Source: Leidyana gryllorum EB-2025a
Taxonomy: Eukaryota; Protista; Apicomplexa
Reading direction: 5' to 3'
Assembly: GCA_048772705.1 (NCBI GenBank)
Contig: JBLWGC010000213.1
Location: forward strand, 372,001-436,000
Length of the DNA stretch: 64,000 nt
This document shows positions 33,585-48,400 of the stretch, piece after piece. Within the stretch, counting starts at the first letter, position 1. The number at the start of each line of letters is the position of its first letter. A program made the translations under genes and the position numbers. The notes below the pieces were generated by a model. That model searched no databases. It worked only from the letters and a program-made list of their open reading frames with translations, and was not told the origin of the DNA.

Positions 33585-35545
33585 TCACCGTACTGCGGGG
33601 ACTGGTTCGGATGCTCTTCGTCGGCGCCATGGGCCTTTGGGAGTGAGACTGTGGATTTTGGGATCCTCAGAGGGGATGTCAAAATCTGTCCAGTCATCCT
33701 CAATGATCTCACACATTGCATTCGGATGAGTTCGGCGTCGTAATCGGCCGAATATCTTCCACAAGATGCCTCCTCTCCGGTTTAAGTCGGAATGTGGATC
33801 TTCTTTGGGTATCATGAACACGGCATACTCTTCGCTGCCTCGGTCCGAGTTGGCCCATTCATCCTGTAAAAATGCGGCATAACTGCTCGAGGGTGAAATG
33901 GCGTTGATTTCCGACTTGAATTTGACCAAGCGGCCTTCTCGTTGGAACTCGGACGAAGTGGAGGCCCGTCTGTAATCGCCAACGAGGTGTGCCCAGTCGT
34001 GCCCAATCTGATGGGCTCCAGGGACTACGTAGGCTTCCCCAGCCCCCAGGATGGTCTGTGCGTGGGCTGCCTCTTTCTCCTGTCTTCGTTGATCTTCGGC
34101 CTGCGCCTTGATCAGCTCCTCCCAATCTGTCGGTCTATGTACCGCGCCCATTGATCTGCTGTCCATCGCAGTTTGAGGCGGCACCTTTCCTGTTGCTTTC
34201 CGTTTCCCGCGCAGAGGTTTTGCGGCTTTGGTGGCTGCTGTCCTCGGCGAGGGCGGTGCGGGTGCCGCGCTCTTGTTGGAGGACGTAGAGCCTCTGGGAC
34301 TGGTCATACTATCTTTGGACCCACTCTTGGAACCGCTTTTGCGTGGGCTGCTGGCCGCTTTGGCGCCTTCGACTGCTGCTGAAGGGGCGGGCACATCGGG
34401 CGCTTCGGGCATGGCATAGGCAGCTGCCCACATGTCCAAGCTGGGGTCGACGGTTCCTTTGCCACCACCCCTGGGGGAGGCGGGTGCCGGGATGCTATCA
34501 TGTAATTTGACACCCCCCTCTCCCCCTCCCATGAGATCCGGGTGGAGATAGGAGGATCCCTCGCTAGCTGACGGATTGTCTAAGGCTGCTTGCATCTCTG
34601 GGGTCAGAGTTGCCCTGAACCGCTGTAATCGGGGACTAAAATGTCGTAATGCTTTAAAGTTCTCGTTATCCAAATCGCCAGCCTCCTCGTCGTCCATTTG
34701 ACGCTCTTCCGGCCCGCGATCCTTGTGTAACAGCTTCCAATTCAAAATGGGGATGTGATGAGCCAAAGGTGTGACCAGACTCTTGCTGGTCTGTTTGGGT
34801 GGGGCCGCCGGTTGCACGTCCCATATCTTCTCCCCGGGACCTAAGGGGAGGTTGACTGAGGTACGTCGCTGGGGGACTGCCTCTGGCATTTTTTTCTCGT
34901 CGGTAGCGAGCACCACTGCTGGACTGCTGTGCCGTCGGGGGCTGAATTGCAGCCGATCCGGGTCAGGCGGCGTGTCACCGAGGGGCTGAGCGGTGGTTTC
35001 CGCTGCTGGGGGAGGGTTAGTAGCGGGTCCGGGTAGAGGCGGGGGGCGACGTTCATTTGTTTGGGAGGCCGCTCTCGGCGGGAGATCAATAGCTTTGACC
35101 AGCGGGTCTGCCTTGGGGGAGGAGGACACCGCCTGCGACGATTTAGACTTGGCCAAGTTTGTTAGAGATTCCTCATTGACCCCTTCCATTTGGCATAATC
35201 TCAGAAAAAGAGTGTTGCACAATTGATTAATGTCAGCACATGCACCCGTGGACCAACGCCTTTCAATGGCACACATCATTAGAACCACTCTACGGTCGCA
35301 AGTAAGACGACACCAACTGCCTCGAACCCCATTTGTACAGGTTTGGCTTTTGATACCCTTCGGTGTAGTCGTGACCTTCACATTAGGCCTCTTAACAGCA
35401 ATGTGGAGAGCAGGAAAATGTGAGTCCCGAATTCTACTTTCGAAATCCTCTCCCACTCAGACGACTTTCCCCAATGGCCATAGAGGCCACAGGCGCGCTG
35501 CAACAAGTAATTCACGAGTAGAAAAGCTCCTCCGCGGAGGCACAT
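33585..35545 (-). CDS. Hypothetical, largely disordered Pro/Ser/Ala-rich protein (5' end overlaps or fuses with ALG13)
   Basis: 623-aa ORF at 33585..35456 plus an upstream exon joined through a candidate intron at 35391..35437. Confidence 0.55.
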
Positions 35546-36239
35546 TCGAAGGTCGGGGGGTGACGACGGATGAATAAGTCTCTGCCCACAGTGGCCTCGG
35601 CGATTGCTTCAAAGTTATCTACGGTTTCGTCCCAGCTGGCTTTTAGTGTGTCTCCGTTGTCTCTGTAATCTGAACTCATAGTCAGAAGTCGGTCCACTGC
35701 CTCCGCCAAGTCTCCCCCCTCCGTACTCAAACGCGCTCCGTCAAGGAATACCGCTACCCCGATTGTGCTCATAGCCTCCCCCAACTCCTGCTGATGGTCG
35801 TCCATCAAATGAGGATTCGATACCACCAAAAGTGGTTTCTGTGTCGACGAGTGTGTGTGAGTGTGAGTGTGTAGATCACTCACATTTTGTTGGATGGCTT
35901 CGATAACTGTCCCAGCCCCACAATGAGATATGATGATATCAGCCTCTCGCATTAAATCTGTCATTGCGTAGGAATACTCCAGAGTCGCTCGGGAATAGCT
36001 CGACGCTTCCAACTGGGCAAAGCCATCCTCAGGACCCAAGGGTAAACTGTCGGCGATCTTTACACGGCCTCTGTCTGTATGTCGAGTCGAATCCCCGAGA
36101 CATCTTCTCACCTCCCTTTCTGATAAATGACGTGGCTTACGCCCCTCTCATCCAGGACCCTCTGTACGTCCGGATCACTGCTGATTCGTTCGATAAGCTC
36201 ATCAAATTGAGTTGTTCCAACGGTCACAAGCAACCGCAT
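35512..36239 (-). CDS. ALG13: UDP-GlcNAc transferase subunit ALG13, multi-exon
   Basis: 'MRLLVTVGTTQFDELI', 'ADIIISHCGAGTVIEA' and 'KPLLVVSNPHLMDDHQQEL'. Confidence 0.9.
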
Positions 36240-36280
36240 GTGACCAAAAAATATTAGAAAAAGTGTCTCAGCTTAGGGTC

Positions 36281-37545
<1,265 letters not shown>

Positions 37546-37650
37546 TGGTATTGATGTAGGCAGAGAAGGGAAGGAATGCAAGACAAAAGTTTTTAGAATC
37601 CAAGCGGTGCGGCTGCTATTGGGAGAGCTGGGAACGATCCCTTTTTTGGG

Positions 37651-40150
37651 ATGTCACCAAGCGGCGCACTTCAATTTAAGGGAGACCCTTTGATACAAGA
37701 GATCGTAAACTCGTTTGGAACGGCTGGTTTCGAGAACACTGTCAAAGAGGCCTCTTGGCAAGTCAGCAACGATGTCTCCGATGCCGAGTCAAAGTTGTTG
37801 GCCCACATCGTCGAGCGTCGTGATGCCGTGATCGAGATGCAACGACATCTCGAAACTTGCTCCTCGACTCTGGACGGGTTGGGCGAGACGCTAATGACGT
37901 TCGGCGAGACTATGAGCGGCTTCATGGCCGACGTCGGTACCCTCCAACGTCAGTCTGAGACCGCGAACGGAATGGTCCAACGCCAGCGGGACCTCCAAAT
38001 GATGCTCACCGCCTATATCGACCGAATCCTTGTGACTCCGACGCTGGCCAACACCATCAAAGAGGCACCCGTTGACAATCCTGCGTACGCCAAGGCTGTG
38101 GAAGAGATGGAACGCAAGTTGTGCCATGCTGAAGAGCCAGGATTCAATGAGTACCCCAGCGGGAGAGACAGCCGCAAAGCTCTCTATGACTTGCGGTGCA
38201 TCGCAATCGAGAGGTGTCGAGATGCGGTTATCAACAAAATCACTCAGACACTCACTGGTGGTCCCAATATCAACCTGTACATAATGCAACAAGTCATCAA
38301 GAATCAGACGAAGCCGTTGTATACATTTTTGTACAATCACAGCCCGATGGCAGCGCGCCAAATTCATCAACAATATGTCAACCACGTCCAGCTGATACAT
38401 TGGCGCCAGTGCCAGACGTACATTTCCCAAATGGAACGGATACCTTTGAGGATGATCACTCGAGATTCTCTGGCTCGCCAACTCACAGAGCTCGGCTGTG
38501 TGCCTACTGCACTTCAGAGCCTTTCCAACAATGGATCAGCCACGTTGTCAGGAGTCCGTTCCGCCCCTGCCAGCAATCCAGCGGGCCCAAATCCACCATC
38601 ACCGGAGCTCTTTGAGGAAATGGAACAGCTATTCAAGCGCCGACTCACCATCATCGACGACTGGGATCAGAGTATCATCTCCCCAGCTGCCTCAACAGCC
38701 CCTGCCGAGCCGAGGTTCCCGGAGGAAGTGTTCCGATCGGTCTACAAGAATCTGGCCGATCGCACCCTAACAGAGTGGAACTTTGTCTGCGACTACTTCT
38801 TCAGTGACGACCATAACGACTTGACGTCTGTCGAAGGTCAAAACCGCTTTGACCAAACTGTTCCGCTCTATGGCGATAATTCACCAATGATGTTATTCGA
38901 AAACACGTGTTTGAAGTGAGTGTTGCCACTCAACTATTCACTCTCCCACACCTTTCTGTCCAGAACACAGTTACTTTGCAAAGAGTGGCTGGAAAAGGAG
39001 TGCTTCGCCGTCCACGATGTCATAGCTTTGGCTTTGATGTGGCGGTTGATGGATGCCTACGAGTGAGAGCAGCCTTTCTTCCCTCCTTCCATTCACTTGC
39101 CTTCCTCAGACTGAATACTCCGGAAAGAGCCCGCACAGCTTTGGGAGGCCCCATCCACTCCCTTCAAGTGGCTACATGTACTCAACTCAGCCGGGTGCTC
39201 AAGGTGCTCACCGAAGCATATATTGCTACCCGTAACAGCCTGCGTAACGGAACATATGCGACCGATCTGTATGGAGACTCATTGGATATGACCTCAATTG
39301 GCCTGAGGCCTTTCTTCATGTTCATGGGACTGGTCTATGTTCGCATTGCTGTTATCCTGTCACACGGGGGACCTGCGGTATCCCAATCGTCCATGATTAT
39401 CCCACACCTTATCCGCATCAGTGCCTTGGTGCTGGACTCATGCTCGGTAAGCTCGCTCAATCAGCCCTCCATCTCAACCCATCCGTATAGCTGTGTCTGT
39501 CAACTACCGGCTCCCCGAAGAGACAGATGGACGCGAAACTCCAAACACTGCAGTGTCTGGAGACCTTTGCTCAGCAATTACAGGGTGTCAAACCCTACGC
39601 GGAAGCTCTGGACGACGATGTACAGGACTTCTTGGGACGGGTTACTGAGAAGATTGGAGCTTTGACTGAACAGATCGCCGGCGATCATCTCGATTATCTA
39701 TGTACCAGCCTACGGGACGCTGTGCGGATGGTGGAGATGTGTACGGTAGAAGGACAGGCAGTCGTTCCAGAAGTCCTGAGGACAATCAGCAATCAAGTGA
39801 GTAGATGGTCTTTGGTGCTCCTTCAGCCACTTTTTTTCCAGTTGAGTCACCAGGAGAGGGACTGGAAGTACGATTTGACCAGGATTGAGCAGTGCGTGCG
39901 GGACGCGCCATCGGGTGTCTCCGTTGCTACGGCGCAATCCATACTGCAAAATACCTATGCTGCCTACTTGCTGCAGCATACTCGGCTGTTGCGGGGCTGC
40001 GAGTCACTGACAGCTGAAAGAGGGGCCCATCCTGGCAATGAGCTTTTGATGGAAGGCTTAGAGCGCCAATTGCAAGCTTGTCCACCAGCGCACGTACTTA
40101 TGGCTCATATCAAGCAAGGAGGTCGAAAAAATTTGTTTCTAGACGGGTGA
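37651..40150 (+). CDS. VPS52: GARP complex subunit VPS52, multi-exon
   Basis: N-terminal coiled coil 'HLETCSSTLDGLGETLMTF..DVGTLQRQS..LTAYIDRILVTPTLANTIKEAPV', plus 'NLYIMQQV' and 'FPEEVFRS', matching the VPS52 pattern. Confidence 0.8.
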
Positions 40151-40183
40151 AGCAGCAAGTTCAGTACTTCTTGGGCTGTCAAG

Positions 40184-40595
40184 ATGGCGACGATGTCGAA
40201 TAGAAAGCTTCAGAAGATCATGACGATCCCCATCGTAAGGATTGCGCGGTGTGTGGCGATTTACAGGTTGTAATCTTGCGTTCAGAACCAGGTCTTCCGT
40301 TTTTTCACTGCTCAAGAACCTGTAGAACTGTGGTTGGTTGACCGGTTACAAAGCCGAATTATTGGCACTATAAAGGTGAGTGGTGGCCGAGTGGCCAAAC
40401 GGTGAGTGGACGCAACGTTAGGGGTTTGATGAATACATGAACATTGTATTGGACAACGCTGAGGAGGTGTGGTTGAAGAAGCCGAACGAACGAACTCCAA
40501 CCGATATGTACGCCAAGCGCGAACCGTTAGGCTGCATTCTCCTAAAGGGAGACAATATAACCTTAATGGCACCCGCCAGAGTAGAGCAGCCTTAG
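40184..40595 (+). CDS. SNRPE: Small nuclear ribonucleoprotein Sm E (4 exons)
   Basis: '[10 protein letters not shown]|NQVFRFF...RIIGTIK|[15 protein letters not shown]...[10 protein letters not shown]'. Confidence 0.92.
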
Positions 40596-40655
40596 CTTTT
40601 GTGCACCAACACCTTCTTTGGTTATGTCAATGAAAATCTGATCCGAAATTAATCA

Positions 40656-41661
40656 ATGCCTGGGAAAGCTGGTGAGCAAACATCTAGCTCACCCCACCAT
40701 AGACGAGTGTTGTCGCCCAAGTTCAGCACAGAGGCTGAGCTGATCGAGTCGGACGAAGATGCTCACCCGACGGCCAGTGTGATCTCAATTGATGACCATC
40801 CCGATAGGCATACTGCCTCGCAAGACGGGCAGGAGATCGAGTACGTCGAAGTGCTGGTGCCTGAAACAGAGGAGAGGTTTGAGGAGAAAATAGTGCCGGT
40901 GGAGGTTGTCAGTGTGGTGGAAGAGATCCGCTATGTACCTCGCATTTTCGAGGTTGAGAAAGTCATCGAGATTCCGGTGATTGAGTACAAGGAAGTTTTG
41001 GTGAGTGAAGTGTTCTGTGGCTGTCCGAAGGCGCTTGGGCTCTTTTGCTGAGAATGCGTTCGAAGCTGTGCGCCTGATCTGCTCTGCTTTGCTTTGCTGT
41101 CTGATAGCCCGCCCTATTTTGCAGGTGGAACGGGTTGTGGAGGTGCCGGAAGTTGTGGAGCAGGTGGTGGTCAAGGAAATTGCGGTACCTAAGTATGTAG
41201 AGATTGACGATCCAGTGTTTATCGACCTAGAAAAGGAGATCGAAGTACGGAGGCGTATTCCAACCGCCGTAGAATCTATCCAGACGGTGGAGTTTCTGCT
41301 CCCCAAGATGAGAGTGGAATACGAAGAAGTACACGTTCCCTGCTACGTTCCAATGTTCATCGAAGTCCCAGTGCCCGTCGAGCAGATGTGCGAGGAGAGT
41401 CGGGCTGAGGCCGAGGCTATTAATCGTGAAATCGTTATGGCCACCTCTACACAATTGCCAAGCTTGTGTGTCTTGGAGGAATTAGCGAGCCGGGTGAACA
41501 ACTTCCACCCGGAACTGGCCACTGATCCCAACACTCTTATTGCCCAATGGCAGCATATTGGGAGCAGCGGTAGTCGACGTACAGTGCCCCGCCCCTGTCT
41601 TGTCGACAATCAGCCTGAGGTTTCGCATGACCCCCAACTCAAATCTGTTGATCTAGTCTAG
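40656..41661 (+). CDS. Alveolin / inner membrane complex (IMC) protein
   Basis: Val/Glu/Pro repeats EKIVPVE, EKVIEIP, ERVVEVPE and KEIAVPKYVE. One intron at about 41001..41124. Confidence 0.85.
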
Positions 41662-41691
41662 GCTGACAGAAAAAACAATTATCAGTCCGAC

Positions 41692-42992
41692 ATGGCCCAG
41701 TCACCCAAAACCAATGAACTACATATAGAAGGCCTCAAACCTCGATTTGGTACCGTCTGTGCCGCCCTGGAAGAGGAACTCAGGTCGTCAGTGGGGTCAC
41801 CTCGCAGCTGCGTACACGGCTTGTCCCCCTTCAATGCTGCGTCGGATCAAGAGATTCTGCCCGATGACGAGGGAGGAGGAGGAGGAGGTGGTTCCCCCAC
41901 CACCACAACCGTAGGAGCTTTCCATTGGTGGAGCGATCCTTTGCATCGCTTGTGCATCCCCACCCACAACAACGCTGATCCTTCCGCTGACCTAAACAGT
42001 CTGGCCGACGCCGTGGAGGAGATAGTCAGCCAGAATGTCACGGTCGATGCTGCCGCCGAGACGCCCACCCAACGCACGCGTCGTCCGGACATTGCGCTCA
42101 AAATCAATACGAAGGCCATACTCGGAGTCGTCACCGGAACCGAAACTCCCCGCAGCGGGAGAGATTCCAGGCGAAACATCGATAAAGTGCCGAGTAACCC
42201 GTCCGTACTCGACCGGATCTTAATGATTTTACATCGCAAGCCGATAATTGTGGTCCCAAGCGGACCGTCCAAAGACGCTTTTGGTGGTACTGACAAGAAG
42301 GTATGCTGCCGCTACACATGGCTGGCTGGGGAGTGGAGTCATTCATTCGCTTCACTACAGATGTACTCAGTGCTCCACGTTGACAATGCAGTGGAATTCC
42401 TCGACAAGGGAAGATTGAGCATGGAGCAACGAGGTCTGAAAGGTGAGTGTGCCATCACTGATGACGTCGGCTCACACTCGCATCGCGCTTTCAGAGGACT
42501 TCTCGTCAGCTCGTCGACAAATGATTTGTCGCAAAATTGGATACAAACACCATACCGTCAAGTTCAGTGTCATTGATGCCTCAACAACTCATCGTTTCGA
42601 AGAAGCGGATTGGGAAAGCGTAGTCTGTGTATTCGCCAATGGCATGGACTGGCAATTTAAGTCCTGGCCGCTAAGAAGCTCAGAGGAGGTGTCTCAAAGA
42701 ATGTGGTGAGTCGAAGCTGCTGATCTATCGCTCCACATAGACAGTGTGTCTCAGTACGTTCTATTGCGGGCTCAAAGATCGACCACTTCCGAGAATCACA
42801 CAAACCGGGAACTGCCACCTGCTGCTGTTCCCTCAGATGCTCCGTCACACTGATGGCGAGCTCCAGGTAAAGACTAAATGTTTCAGAGTGGGCTCAATAG
42901 CTTCGTTGCCATCGCAGCGGCTCTTCTGGGATACTTTGACTGAACATTTAATGCGGCCAGCTGCTGATCTCCCTGCTTTGACATTGGGGTAG
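41692..42992 (+). CDS. CDC73: CDC73/parafibromin C-terminal-domain protein (PAF1 complex), multi-exon
   Basis: 'KPIIVVPS', 'LHVDNAVEFL' and 'DWESVVCVFANGMDWQFKSWP'. Confidence 0.8.
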
Positions 42993-43015
42993 TCGAAAAT
43001 TTTTGGTCCCCCAAG

Positions 43016-44021
43016 ATGTCAGGAGAGCAGCTTTTCGACACAGCTCACCCACGGATTGTGGTAGACCCACTTGCCATAGCAACCATTATTGACACTGCGG
43101 CTCGTACGGGGGGCAAATTGAAGGTAACAATCCCAAATGTACTCCAATATACGGTCTGATAGAACTGCCTTTGTACATTAGTGGGACAAGTGCTCGATGA
43201 TGGTTCCGTTCACGTGGAAGATGCCTTTGCGAATCATGTGATCTTGTCCGAGACGACGGGGTCCGAGAGCTGCATACTGCCAGAGTTGACTCATCATGAC
43301 TTGATGTGGCAAACCCGTCAGAAAGTCAACCCTCGCGAAGTCATTATAGGATGGGGGACCACTGACATTGACTTCCAAGGACTGCAAGCTCTTGCAGAAT
43401 GGGCACGCACTGATCGCAAGAATTCCCGGTTTGCGCCTCGTAAACGTATGCCCGGTCCCCTGATGGTGAAGATTGACTTGCCGACAGAGACTCAGGATCT
43501 CACGATACGTGTAAGCGCGATAGTCAGTGTGTGTGTGTCTCCATATCAACGTTACAGGGGTATATGAAAGGACCAATAATGGAGTGTCTGATGAAGCCTA
43601 TGCGGCTGATTGTGGCGCAGACTACACCTGGGATGGATTTAGTGGCCCTGTCAGATCCTGAAACTGGCGTTTTGGAAACCGCCCGCCTGTTCTCGGTCCA
43701 AGGCGAGACCAATCAGTTGAACACCAATGGTTTGAAGAGACTGAAGACTCGCATTGACGAGGTTTCGCAGATTGTTCAGGATGTTCTGGTAAGGAGAGCG
43801 CTTTAAGAGTCCACTAAACTTTGTACTCTCAGGATGGGAAACGCCAGCCCGACCCCGCCCTTGGGCGCCGTATATACCAGGCCGTGGCAGCTCCCATGAG
43901 CGTGACACTCGATACACTGACTAAGGTGGAAGCACAAGATAATATGTTGTCTGTCTACATGGCGAACCTTGCAAAACTGCAATTCGCCCTTGGTCAGAAA
44001 CTGCATCTTCTCCTTGCGTGA
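43016..44021 (+). CDS. EIF3F: MPN-domain protein, eIF3 subunit F-like, multi-exon
   Basis: 'VVDPLAIATIID', 'TLVG..VHVEDAF', 'REVIIGW', 'DPALGRRI' and 'QDNMLSVYMANLAKLQFALGQKL'. Confidence 0.8.
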
Positions 44022-44034
44022 ATGTTTTTTTGGC

Positions 44035-45406
44035 ATGGCAACGCGCCGAGCGCGCCCAATGGCTCCGCGCTCGACTGCTCCCCCATCAGAAGAGACCACA
44101 GACTTACGTCCTTCCCAATCAGTCCCTTATCAACCACGTGCATTTCGCGATTTTATCGCTTTGGTGGGGCGTCAGTTTTACGATGATGGATGTATTGTCC
44201 TATTGGATTTCCTGGCACGCGAACAGAAAGCATTCACAGATGCAGAGCTACGAGAGCGCCTCCGGTGAGCATTCAGGTCTCAAGGCAGACAGACTACCCC
44301 CACAGGTGGCGAGAAACATTACTGCACCAGAAACTACACAACTTGGAAAAGCAGTTACTGGTGGAGAGAGTGACCGAAGTTGAAAAAGGCTCTAAGCCAC
44401 TACAACTCTGGCGGCTCCAATGCCACGCTTTCGTTTCTGTAGAATGGCGTCTGAAAGCCATGGAGGAGCAAGTCCAAGCCGAGTTGCGGCGCGCTGCTCG
44501 GCATTCTGACTTTCAATGTTCAAACCCCGCCTGTGGGATACGAGTGTCACTCATGGATGCCGCTGTTGGTCCCACGGCACTCGACGATGATCATCCGCTC
44601 TGTCGAGACTGTAATAGTCCCCTCACCACGGCAGTAAGACGAGCTCCTCCCGAACTCCATCTTCTCTAATCCCGTAGGATTCGGAAGAAGCTCGGAATAA
44701 AGCGGAAGATAAATTACGTCGCTGCCGGGAACAAATGATCCGTCTCCGAGAAGCTCTGAATAGAGTTCGCGGCATGAAGATACCAGAATTCAAATCCACT
44801 CAAGTGGTACCCGAACCTGAAACCGCTGAGTTCTCAGCGGAAAGCAGCCCCCCACCTCCACCCAAAGCAGTAGTTACTGATCCTGGTGAGTTCTCCTGAC
44901 AGTCACTGGGAAAGCTAATTAACACCGTCTCTTCAGTCGCTGCGCCCCAAGAGAATCTCGTCAACCGTAATATCCCGTGGTTCAATGGCGCACCGATGGC
45001 GGAAAAACAGCCCCATCCCCCCAGCCCGGCCCCTGGCGGAGGATCAGGAGCACCATCGCCTCCTCAATTGGGAGGCAGCCGACCTCAAAGTGCGCCAGAC
45101 CCCGGGACAGCGCCTTCTCGCCATACCTTTGGAACCAGTGCCCAAGGTGCCGCCAGCTTACCAATGGTTCGACCGTTGACCATAAAATCGCTCAATTTGG
45201 GAACAAATGGGGCGAATGCCAATCAAGAGGGCTCCCTCACGTCCCTGTCGCCTTCTGCCGGCAACACCGACGGCGGACAAGGTGGAGAGAAGAAGGATGC
45301 GGCGAGCAGTCGCAGCCCACTCAAGTTATCGTTCGGCAGCGGCTCGAGCGGAGTCGGCGGCAAACTCTTCTCAATGTCCCTGCGTGGAGGAAAGGGCTCA
45401 GAGTAA
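44035..45406 (+). CDS. GTF2E1: Transcription factor TFIIE alpha subunit, multi-exon
   Basis: Winged helix 'FIALVGRQFYDD..IVLLDFL...L.ERL' and zinc ribbon 'FQCSNPAC...LCRDCNSPL'. Confidence 0.75.
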
Positions 45407-45440
45407 GCAATTATTACGTCGACATCGTAATCATGGAATC

Positions 45441-48400
45441 TTAGTGTTGGTTCATCAACCTCCGCAAACGAACGCACGTCGCTGTCAGATATTGGGGGTA
45501 AACGTAGGGCAGAAAGCGATCTTCAGGCCACCTTTGGCATCAAGAGACTGCGGTTCTGAGACTGATCCATCGCCATCGGTGTTGGATGAAATTGTGTCAA
45601 TATCCAATCTCGAAGATTGCCGCGATCAGCTGGGGCTGGGCCACCCTAAGTGGGCTTGCACTGACTGACTAAGGACTGAACACACCGCGACCACGACGCC
45701 TCGGTGCTGAGAACCACCCCAGAAACCCCTGCTATCACTCGTCCACGAACTCCCCAGTGGTGCAAAGCTGATGTGAGAAGATCAAGGTATGGTGTGCACA
45801 TTTCCTTCTTGTGTCTGGCGAGAAAGGCTATCGGGTTGGTATATTCGAATATTCCTTCGAAAATTTGAGGATCTGTGGGTGCTGCTCGCAAAGATGCGAT
45901 GGTATGCAGCACAGCTGCAGCCTCATCCTTGGCTCTGGAAATCAAATTGACAAAATAGACACTCAAGGTCTTGGTATCCACAGATGACGTTGAGGATACG
46001 GGCTCTCGTGCGCTATACTTCACCCATTTGGATTTTTCGACGTCGGCCATGTATGTTAGGGGGATAGTTGGGTGACCGAGAGCAAATGATAGTGGACCCT
46101 CGTCAGCATGGCCTAAAAGTAAGATTGGCAGTGACAGCAGACGCGGATAATCGGCCACAAATGCCTCGAGTGCATCTTCCTCCGACTCTCCTCCATCGTC
46201 TGCAACGCATCTCTCATAAAGTCCCAGTGTTGTAGCCGGGATCCGCAATTTGCTTCCGTCCAGAGTTGACGCTGTTTCACGATCAGCGTGATGACTCAAC
46301 AGCCACCAGTTTAGTCGAATCTTCACAATCAGGCGGATAAAAGCTTCCAGTAACTGCTTTGGGCGCCGCATGTGGATCGAGAGGGAAGGTACCCGGGAAG
46401 TTGCATTCGGAGCCGTTTCCTTGGCCGTGATGCCCGTTTTCATCATGCAGGAAATGAATAACCGGGCAATCATAGCTTTAAGAAAGGCTGGATGGTGAGT
46501 AAGAGGAATGGATATGCATGTGTCGAGCCACTCCGCAGCCTCCTTGACATCCGCTGGTACCAATCGGCATGTAGCAAGAAGGTAGAAAATGTTGGGTAGA
46601 GTGGCTTGAGCGTCGTCTAATCCTGTGAGCAATAAGTTCAGATCCAGCAGCGAGCTCGGGGTCGCAATAGCTGTGAGATCCGGAGGAATGGAAGAAAGTG
46701 TCTCTTGCCATGGGAGCATCATGTCGGCATCGTTCAGGTGTCTCAGTAAAGTGAACGCGGGACTGTGCCGCTGACGCGATTCCCGTCTTTTCCGCAACCG
46801 ACAAACGACTTCGAGTTCCTCGGCTAGATCAACAGTGAAGTCACTGGAGCGAGCCAAGTCGGTCCAGGCGTTGACAAAACCTCGAGACAACCTCGCCGCC
46901 CCCCGGAGAGCCGTTCTAGATTTGGCAGCAACAGTTGTGCTACCAGCTTTGCTGCCGTGCTCCGTCGACCCATCCGAGTACTCACTCTGACTAGGGGAGT
47001 CGTCAACGCCCGGTATTGGATCGTCATGCGCAGCTCTGAATGGCGAAGCAGAAGCCATTCGACGCCGGGACCACTGGCCGATGCGAGCTAGTTGGAGGCA
47101 CCAAAGCTCCAGAGACATCTCAAACTGACCTCCAATCCAAAGATTCAATCCCAATGTCGCAATGCATTCTCCAAGTAGCGATGAAGATGGGGAACGCAGA
47201 GCCTCATCAGTTAAGCAAGTCTACAGAAAGCAGTCAAAATTTCAGATCACACACTCACCAGAACCGCTACTGACGCCAAGTCTATAGATCTCTTGAGTGA
47301 ACGGAATCTCAGATGGGTTGGAAGTGAATCCAGCCTGTCCCGATTGCCGATCACGGCTAAAGCGCCCAGTACACCTGACTGCTCGCAGACATTTTGGATT
47401 GAGACGGTCGAAATCTGCACTCACCAGAGCTGTTGTAGTCCGTATGTACCGCTTCTTCAACCCCTGTGTGACACTGGATATCTGAATGCATATCGTCGTA
47501 CTCACCTCCCCTCTGAAACCGACAGCGGCGAGCCACAAAGCCCGTGCGGCTAACTGTAGCTTAGAAGACACAGCTATGGGAGCCATTCTGGCTAGTTGCG
47601 CTTCTCGGGCCTTCTGGACGTCGGCTGCCAAGCCCGCAGACATCTGTACACCCGTCACGCCGACTTCAGTTAGATATCTGCTCCTCAAGACAGCTTCTCC
47701 GCCTGCCAGTCGACTCGAGGCTCGGGCTCGCATCACATCTAGCAGGGGTGTCGGACTCGCAGGAGCTTTTCTCGCTTCGATCTCTTTGTGTACCGCTCCG
47801 ATCAGTCTCGAGCCTGGGGCATCGTGCTGAGGGTCCTGGTTCTCTTTGCGTCCCTTATCCGTTGTGGGTACTGCTGGCAGATCGGAGATGTTGGATCGAC
47901 CAGAATCCAGGTTGTCTTCATCACTGTCACTCCGATTTGTTCGATGCTCCTGATCAAATCCCAGCCCTGCCATTAGGGTAACACGGCGGGTGGGAACCTG
48001 TGCATTTGTCTGCCGACTCTCGGGTCCCCCTGGAGCCTGCCGAAGGATTGATCGTTTTGGATTGCGGACAATATCTTCGGTCAAGGCTTTGTGTACCGCG
48101 GCAGTTGCGACTTTGCTATCCTCCTCCCGTTTGGCTTCAGTCGGTGTCCTGAGAAGGTCTTTAGGAGGCTCCAGTGGTGTGCTCTCCTGTGCCATCTGTG
48201 TTGCTCTCCCAGAAAAGTGACTCTTGCCCACTTTGATGTCTCGGTCCGGGAGATCGTCGACGCTGACAGCCGAAGACAAGTGGCGTGGTGATTTGTGCCG
48301 CGCGGGTTCAGGGAGCCTCATTGGCGCGGTCTTCGGAGCTGTTGCAGGGTGCTGAACAGTCTTGTGCGGTTCCTGTTTGAGTCTCGCAGGCTCCACCTTC

